The position numbers and the translations under genes were made by a program. A DNA stretch of 64,000 nucleotides from an uncultured Tissierellaceae bacterium. GTDB taxonomy: Bacteria; Bacillota; Clostridia; Tissierellales; Tissierellaceae. The notes beneath the pieces were generated by a model, which was given only the letters and a program-made list of their open reading frames with translations, searched no databases and was not told where the DNA came from. The stretch is from positions 8,037 through 72,036 of the forward strand of contig CAZAGS010000001.1 in NCBI GenBank assembly GCA_964484955.1. The letters run 5' to 3'. Shown in pieces: positions 58,168-64,000 of this stretch. Numbering within the stretch: the first letter of the stretch is position 1; every line of letters starts with the position of its first letter.

Positions 58168-61100
58168 TTAGCTTGCTTCCACCTCTAAATTATCCTTAAG
58201 TTTAACAGAAATTAATTTACTAATTCCTTCTTCTGCCATTGTAACACCATATAATACATTTGCAATCTCCATTGTTGTTTTTCTATGTGTGATTAATATA
58301 AATTGTGTATCATCGTTAAAATTCATTAAATAGTTAGTATATCTACCTATATTTGCTTCATCTAAGGCTGCATCTATTTCATCTAATATACAAAATGGTG
58401 CCGGTTTTGTCTTTAGAATGGCAAATAACAATGCTACTGCAGTTAAGGACTTTTCTCCGCCAGATAAGAGACTTAGAGTTTGCAACTTTTTACCTGGAGG
58501 TTGAACCACTATCTCTATTCCAGATTCTAGAACATCTTCTCCATCTTCTAGTACTAATTTAGCCTTGCCACCGTCAAATAGGACCCCAAATATTTCATTG
58601 AAATTTTCATTAATTTCATTAAAAGAGTGGATGAACTGGCCTCTCATTTTCTTTTCTATATCTTTGATTATTTCGTTGAGCCCTTGTCTACTAAATAATA
58701 AATCTTCCTGCTGAGTAGTTATAAAGTCAAGTCTTTCTTTAGTTTTACTATATTCTTCGATAGACCCAATATTAACACTACCTAATTCCTTTATTTGTGT
58801 TTTTAATGATTTAACTACTTCTAATGCTTTTTGCATATTAGGTATATCTACTTCATAAGCTACAGCATTTTCAAATGTTAATTCATAGTCCTCAAGTAAT
58901 TTTAAATGGTTATTTTCAATTTGTAATTCGTTTTTAGCCAATTTGATTTCTTGTCGGCCTTTTTGTTTTTCTAATATAGAAAGTTTATTAGTAATATCTT
59001 TTAGCCTGTCTTGTTCCTCGTAGAAGGTCTTCATAAAATTATCTTTATCTTCTATTAATTTATTAAAATTATCCGAGGCTAGAGCTTCTTCAACTTCCAA
59101 TTTGCCTATATCTTCTTGAATTAATATTTTATCTTTATTAATAATCTCTAATTCACTTTTAATTTCAATTATGCTATTTTCTTTATCCTTTAATAATTGG
59201 TCAATTAATTGTTTTTCACCGACTTGTGATTCTTGTTTTTCATTTAAATTTCTTAATGTATTTTCCATTAAATTAATTTTAATTTTATAATCAGTTATCT
59301 CATTATTATTGCTTTCCTTTAAATTTCTATAATCTTTAAGTTCTTCCATAAGATACTTGATTTTTTCACTTAGACTGTTAGTTTCAACATCTAAGTCTTT
59401 TAGCTTAGCTTCTAATTCATCCTTATTGTGGCTTAAACCACCTATTTCTTTTTTAAAATTAGAAATTTGTTCAATAGTCTTGTCTAAATCATTTTTCAAT
59501 CTTGTAATTTCAATATTATATGAATTATTAGTATTTGTAATATCAATTAGTTTTAATTCAATATTTTTTCTATATTCTTCATTTTCAATAATTTCTTTAT
59601 CTATTTCTGACAATTCATTTATATATTGCTGCCTTTTATCCTTTAAGACATTTAAACTAGATTGTAAACTGTTTATATCTCTGTCCATAGCTTTTATCCT
59701 ATTTTTTCTATTAATTATACTGATAGTATTATTTCCATAACTACCCCCAGTCATAGATCCTCCAGGATTTAACAGATCACCATCTAGAGTTACAATTCTA
59801 TTACTATGACCATATTTATTTGCATAGATAATAGCACTGTCTATATCTTGAATTATTATAGTACGACCTAGTAAATATTTAAATATATTTTCATATATTG
59901 GATCATATTTTATAAGTTCATTTCCTAATCCAAGTATATTGTATTCATTAATATCATCTTGTTTTAAGGTAATTGTATTAGCCTTTATAGTATTTAAGGG
60001 TAAAAATGTAACCCGGCCTAATTTGTTATCCTTTAGGTAATTTATCAAGCTTTTTGCATTTACATCAGTATCCATTACTAAGTTCTGTATATTGGAGCCC
60101 AAACTTATATCAATTGCCCTCTCAAATTTTGCCTCTACCTTTATAAGATCAGCTACAATGCCTAGAAATCCATTTTTCATATGTTCCGATTTATTTATAG
60201 CTAATAATAAATTCTTAACACTTTTAAAATATCCTTCATAGCCAGCTTCCATACTCTTATATACTCTTTGATTAGAAATTAAGCCTTGAACTTGTATTTC
60301 AATTTCCTTAATTAATTTATCATTGTCTTCTTTATTATTGCTAATATCTGCCTTTTTAATTGATAGTTCACCATAATCCTTTGATAATCTATTAACCAGA
60401 GTTTTTAGACTTGCTTGTTCCAAAATAGAAGCCTCTAGACTCTTCTTATTATTAGTTATATTATTAGCAAGCTTATTTTTCTCATTCTTTAGTTCATCTA
60501 TTCTTTTTATAATATTTTCCCTAAAAGAATCCATATTATCTAATTTATTTCTTATATGGGATGCATCATTGTATAAGTTTAGATGTTTAGACTTTATGTT
60601 TTCTATGTAATCTTCTTTAACTCTTATCTCATCATCTATTAGTAATCTCTCATTATCTTTTTTTTCATAGTTTTCTATTAGATTTTTTAAATTATCATCT
60701 ATTGATAATTTTTCACTATTAATATCTATTTCTATATCATTTATTTTCTTTAGTGATTCTTCTAGGTCAGATTTTTCTTTTTTTAATCTTTCTAAATCTC
60801 TTATATGAAAATTTTCTTTCTCTATATGAAGAGATATCTTATTTTTGCAATTGTCTAAGGCTTGAATTATATTTAACTTTGAATTACGAGCTGTTTCAAT
60901 ACTATTGTCCATATCTTCAATAGTATTTTTAAGCAAATTAAACTTGTCTTCTATTATATTTTTTTCAGTTTCAGATTCTATTATATCCTTATTTATTTCA
61001 TTAATTTCTATATTTATATTGTCAATTTGCATATTTAATTTTTTTATTTCTTTAATAAATATATTTACTTCGATTTCCCTTAGTTTATTATAAAGAGATG

Positions 61101-61746
61101 TAAAAGCTACAGCCTTCCTTGACTCTTCTTCAAGAGTTAATGCCTGCTTGTTTATTTCATATATTAAATCCTTTATTCTTATTAAATTTGCCTGAGTTTT
61201 TTCTAGTTTCTTTTCTGCTGAAACTTTTCTGTATTTGTATTTTACAATTTCTGCTGCTTCTTCAAAGATATTCCTTCTATCTTCTGGCTTATTACTTAAA
61301 ATTTCCTCAATTCTACCTTGTCCAATAATAGAGTATCCATCTTTGCCTATACCTGTATCCATAAACAGTTCCCTAATATCTTTCAACCTACATGAGTTCT
61401 TATTTATATAATATTCACTTTCTCCAGATCTAAAAACTCTTCTTGTGATCATGATTTCGTTATATTCTAAGGGTACTAATTTGTCAGAATTATCAAATAT
61501 AATAGATACTTCAGCAAATCCCAAAGCCCTTCTTTTATCTGTACCTGAAAATATAACATCTTCCATTTTTGTTCCTCGGAGGTTTTTAATACTTTGTTCT
61601 CCAAGTACCCACCTAATGGCATCAGAAATATTACTCTTTCCACTGCCATTAGGTCCTACAATGGCAGTTATATCATCTTTAAATTCAATCTCTATTTTAT
61701 CTGCAAATGATTTAAAACCTTGAATTTCAATCTTTTTCAAGTACAA
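58168..61746 (-). CDS. smc: Chromosome partition protein Smc
   Basis: YLKKIEIQGFKSF...GPNGSGKSN head, long coiled coils, hinge (GIVADLI...), C-terminal LSGGEKSLTAVALLFA and ILDEIDAALD. TTG start at 61746 six nt after an AGAGGTG SD. Confidence 0.96.
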   Translation of the reverse strand: MYLKKIEIQGFKSFADKIEIEFKDDITAIVGPNGSGKSNISDAIRWVLGEQSIKNLRGTKMEDVIFSGTDKRRALGFAEVSIIFDNSDKLVPLEYNEIMITRRVFRSGESEYYINKNSCRLKDIRELFMDTGIGKDGYSIIGQGRIEEILSNKPEDRRNIFEEAAEIVKYKYRKVSAEKKLEKTQANLIRIKDLIYEINKQALTLEEESRKAVAFTSLYNKLREIEVNIFIKEIKKLNMQIDNINIEINEINKDIIESETEKNIIEDKFNLLKNTIEDMDNSIETARNSKLNIIQALDNCKNKISLHIEKENFHIRDLERLKKEKSDLEESLKKINDIEIDINSEKLSIDDNLKNLIENYEKKDNERLLIDDEIRVKEDYIENIKSKHLNLYNDASHIRNKLDNMDSFRENIIKRIDELKNEKNKLANNITNNKKSLEASILEQASLKTLVNRLSKDYGELSIKKADISNNKEDNDKLIKEIEIQVQGLISNQRVYKSMEAGYEGYFKSVKNLLLAINKSEHMKNGFLGIVADLIKVEAKFERAIDISLGSNIQNLVMDTDVNAKSLINYLKDNKLGRVTFLPLNTIKANTITLKQDDINEYNILGLGNELIKYDPIYENIFKYLLGRTIIIQDIDSAIIYANKYGHSNRIVTLDGDLLNPGGSMTGGSYGNNTISIINRKNRIKAMDRDINSLQSSLNVLKDKRQQYINELSEIDKEIIENEEYRKNIELKLIDITNTNNSYNIEITRLKNDLDKTIEQISNFKKEIGGLSHNKDELEAKLKDLDVETNSLSEKIKYLMEELKDYRNLKESNNNEITDYKIKINLMENTLRNLNEKQESQVGEKQLIDQLLKDKENSIIEIKSELEIINKDKILIQEDIGKLEVEEALASDNFNKLIEDKDNFMKTFYEEQDRLKDITNKLSILEKQKGRQEIKLAKNELQIENNHLKLLEDYELTFENAVAYEVDIPNMQKALEVVKSLKTQIKELGSVNIGSIEEYSKTKERLDFITTQQEDLLFSRQGLNEIIKDIEKKMRGQFIHSFNEINENFNEIFGVLFDGGKAKLVLEDGEDVLESGIEIVVQPPGKKLQTLSLLSGGEKSLTAVALLFAILKTKPAPFCILDEIDAALDEANIGRYTNYLMNFNDDTQFILITHRKTTMEIANVLYGVTMAEEGISKLISVKLKDNLEVEAS

Positions 61747-61758
61747 TATAAGCACCTC

Positions 61759-62838
61759 TTATCTATATGTTCTGGTGAATCTCTCCATCTCTACCATAAT
61801 ATCCATTTTATCATAAAAATCCCCAATTGTAATATCTAAAATATTTGTATCTATATCCGCTTCAAATATCTTGATCTTTTTAAAGCCATAGTTTTTTTTG
61901 AAATACAATAAATTAGATGATTTTTGACCTGCAATATTTGAAATGTTTTTACTATTAGTTTTAATTATCATTGTTTTATTTTCAGTATTAATATTTTTTT
62001 CACTTAAATACATTTGGATTAATAATTTAAATATATTTGCCTCAACTAACTGTCTATAGGCAGGATGAAATGGTCCAGCAATAACATCTTTACCCATCTG
62101 GATATTTTCAGTGGGCTGCAGTCCTACTCTAATAACATTTATATTTTCTAAATAAAATAAGATTAGAATTTGAGTAGTAATATCTATGCTCTTCTCTAGA
62201 CTTAAAGGTAAATATTTATTTTCTAAATATAATTGTTCTAAATAAGTTTCCTTTATTACCAAAGTAGGATAAATCCGTACGCAGTCTGGCTTTAATCTAA
62301 TAAATTCAGTGGCAGTATAAAGAGCCTTGCTCATAGTATCTCCCGGTAGTCCTAACATCATTTGAAGACCTAAGTTAAAACCCTCTTCCTTGATCATTCT
62401 AGAGGCTTTATATACATCATCAGATGTGTGTCCTCTATCACTAAGACTCAGTACTTGGTCATTAAGAGATTGACATCCAAGTTCAATGGTATTTACTGTA
62501 AATCTCTTTAGATTATTTAAGATTTTATTATTAATTGCATCAGGCCTTGTAGAAAGTCTAATCTCATTGATTTTACCTTGTAATTTAAATCTATATGGCA
62601 CACTTAATAGTTGACTTTGAATGTCTATATCTATGGCAGTAAAACTGCCCCCATAAAAAGCTACTTCTATAAATGCGCCCTCTTTAAATGATTTTAAATG
62701 TTCTTCTATTATATTTTCCACATGGTCAGGGCTAATATCAGTAGATAAGCCTGTAATTTTTTTTTGATTACAAAACACACAATCATGTGGACATCCAAAA
62801 TGTGGTACAAATATAGGTATAATATAATGTCTACTCAT
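61759..62838 (-). CDS. Radical SAM protein (ELP3-like N-terminal family, conserved between rnc and smc in clostridia)
   Basis: CxxxCxxC cluster motif (CPHDCVFC) near the N-terminus, with a TIM-barrel radical-SAM core. Confidence 0.8.
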   Translation of the reverse strand: MSRHYIIPIFVPHFGCPHDCVFCNQKKITGLSTDISPDHVENIIEEHLKSFKEGAFIEVAFYGGSFTAIDIDIQSQLLSVPYRFKLQGKINEIRLSTRPDAINNKILNNLKRFTVNTIELGCQSLNDQVLSLSDRGHTSDDVYKASRMIKEEGFNLGLQMMLGLPGDTMSKALYTATEFIRLKPDCVRIYPTLVIKETYLEQLYLENKYLPLSLEKSIDITTQILILFYLENINVIRVGLQPTENIQMGKDVIAGPFHPAYRQLVEANIFKLLIQMYLSEKNINTENKTMIIKTNSKNISNIAGQKSSNLLYFKKNYGFKKIKIFEADIDTNILDITIGDFYDKMDIMVEMERFTRTYR

Positions 62839-63553
62839 TTCTTAACCCCATATTTTGCAGAGCATCTTTTGCTGAAGCTTGTTCAGCTTCTTTTTTATTT
62901 CTACCCATGCCAGTTCCTATAATAGTTTCATTAACTAATACATTCATATAGAATATTTTATTATGATCTGGCCCTTCTTCTTTGTATACAATATACTCTA
63001 GCCTAGATTTGTTAGTTTTTTGCACTATTTCTTGTAATTCTGTTTTATAATCAATAAATAAATTACCCTTATCGACAGCTTGGACTATACCAATTTCAAA
63101 TCTTTCTAACATTAAATTATTAACTGTCTCAAAGTCACTATCCATATAAATAGCACCCGTTATAGCTTCACTGGCATCTGCTAAGATGGATTCCCTACTT
63201 CTACCTCCCGTAGATTCCTCACCTTTCCCCAATAGCAAGTACTTCCCCAAGTTAACTTTTCTTGCAGCTGTAGCCAGTGATGATTCACATACTACTTTAG
63301 CCCTAATTTTCGTTAACTCACCTTCAGGATAGTGGGGGTACTTCTTATATAGATATTGACTTACAATAAGACCTAACACTGTGTCTCCAAGAAATTCAAG
63401 TCTTTCATTATAACCTTCTACTCCTAGTTTGTTTTCATTAGCATAGGAGCTATGAGTAAGCGCTGTAATTAAAAGCTCTTCATCTTTAAAGAAATAATTT
63501 AAGTCTTTTTGTAAAGGCTCAAAAAACTTCATATTTATCTTACTTTTCCTCAT
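62831..63553 (-). CDS. rnc: Ribonuclease III
   Basis: RNase III signature (NERLEFLGDTVLG) and a C-terminal dsRBD. ATG at 63553 after an AAGGAGA SD. Confidence 0.94.
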   Translation of the reverse strand: MRKSKINMKFFEPLQKDLNYFFKDEELLITALTHSSYANENKLGVEGYNERLEFLGDTVLGLIVSQYLYKKYPHYPEGELTKIRAKVVCESSLATAARKVNLGKYLLLGKGEESTGGRSRESILADASEAITGAIYMDSDFETVNNLMLERFEIGIVQAVDKGNLFIDYKTELQEIVQKTNKSRLEYIVYKEEGPDHNKIFYMNVLVNETIIGTGMGRNKKEAEQASAKDALQNMGLRNE

Positions 63554-63585
63554 AAATATTCTCCTTATCACAAAATGGTTAGTAG

Positions 63586-63607
63586 AAAGGCTCTATACAG
63601 AGCCTTT
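63586..63607 (-). terminator. Hairpin overlapping the acpP stop (weak terminator/attenuator)
   Basis: AAAGGCTCT-atac-AGAGCCTTT perfect 9-bp arms with a poor U-tail. Confidence 0.45.
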
Positions 63608-63848
63608 ATAAATTATCTTCATTCAAATTTTCTTTTAAATATTCTAAAGCATCATTAATTGTTTTAATTGAATCCAAGTCCTCATCTTCAATTTCAAGAT
63701 CAAATTCGTCTTCTAAGGCCATAATCAATTCTACTAAATCTAATGAATCTGCATTTAAGTCATCTCTAAAGGATGTTTCTAAGGTTATAGTATTAGCCTC
63801 CACGTTAAATTGAGTTACAACAATATCCTTGATTTTTTCTAAAATCAT
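63606..63848 (-). CDS. acpP: Acyl carrier protein
   Basis: 80 aa with the phosphopantetheine attachment motif LNADSLDLVELIMALEDEF. Confidence 0.95.
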   Translation of the reverse strand: MILEKIKDIVVTQFNVEANTITLETSFRDDLNADSLDLVELIMALEDEFDLEIEDEDLDSIKTINDALEYLKENLNEDNL

Positions 63849-63860
63849 ATCTTTTTCCTC

Positions 63861-64000
63861 CTATATATTAATATTCTTGTCTTCATTAAAATTAATATTC
63901 TGTGTAATAATATTAATTACATCTTTTTCTATGAAATCTATTAATTGTCTTATTGCATTTTTAATAGCTAGAGCATCCGAACTTCCATGGGCTTTGACAA
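63861..64000 (-). CDS. plsX: Phosphate acyltransferase PlsX, C-terminal 45 codons (gene continues beyond window)
   Basis: Hand translation of the - strand gives VKAHGSSDALAIKNAIRQLIDFIEKD..., matching the conserved PlsX C-terminus (K.HGSSDA.A..NAI). TAG stop at 63861-63863. Confidence 0.8.
   Translation of the reverse strand, partial: VKAHGSSDALAIKNAIRQLIDFIEKDVINIITQNINFNEDKNINI

Noticed and set aside
1-64000. CRISPR arrays, IS elements/transposases, rRNA or tRNA genes, toxin-antitoxin pairs.
   Set aside because: Coding density is near-continuous and the intergenic gaps are short. I inspected the gaps individually and found only promoters, hairpins and the elements listed. No repeat-spacer periodicity or transposase-like ORF is present.

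Overview
The window is a 64-kb stretch of a very AT-rich Firmicutes (Clostridia/Tissierellia-like) chromosome. It is packed almost end to end with core information-processing genes. nt 1-5486 carry mutS(partial)-mutL-miaA-hfq-ynbB on the + strand. From nt 5530 to the right edge almost everything is on the - strand. In transcription order (right to left) that strand reads plsX(partial)-acpP-rnc-radical SAM-smc-ftsY-ylxM-ffh-rpsP-KH-rimM-trmD-rplS-rbgA-rnhB-yraN-comM-dprA-topA-codY-rpsB-tsf-pyrH-frr-uppS-cdsA-rseP-ispG-polC-rimP-nusA-ylxR-infB-rbfA-nrnA-truB-ribF-rpsO-pnp-deacetylase-M16 peptidase-dut-ylmC-tepA-ftsK-rimO-pgsA-cinA-recA-[4-gene Mre11/Rad50-like cluster]-rny-PHP-PadR-[340-bp non-coding]-xer-like recombinase-(yneA-like, + strand)-lexA. 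I found no rRNA, tRNA, CRISPR array, IS element or prophage. Many ORF-track starts are N-terminal over-extensions, often a GTG/TTG lying inside the Shine-Dalgarno sequence; I corrected them where an SD plus family N-termini allowed. The best candidate for an undescribed system is at 10974-14320, wedged between recA and rny. It comprises an Mre11/SbcD-type metallophosphoesterase and a Rad50/SbcC-like ABC ATPase that is naturally split into three polypeptides: a Walker-A head with a coiled coil ending in a CPVC zinc hook, an 83-aa coiled-coil protein, and a signature/Walker-B head. It probably rides on the LexA-controlled recA transcript. Other points worth a second look: (1) a roughly 50% GC structured element occupies the slot where dxr normally sits between cdsA and rseP; (2) the convergent gene-orientation switch at about 5.5-8 kb, with a perfect 15-bp-arm palindrome directly upstream of a Xer-like recombinase, could mark the replication terminus and a dif-like site; (3) RNase Y needs a non-canonical ATT start to encode its conserved membrane anchor; (4) rny is co-operonic with a TrpH-like PHP phosphoesterase and a PadR regulator; (5) the SOS control region has three LexA boxes. 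All homology calls come from reading motifs in the translations. No database search was possible.
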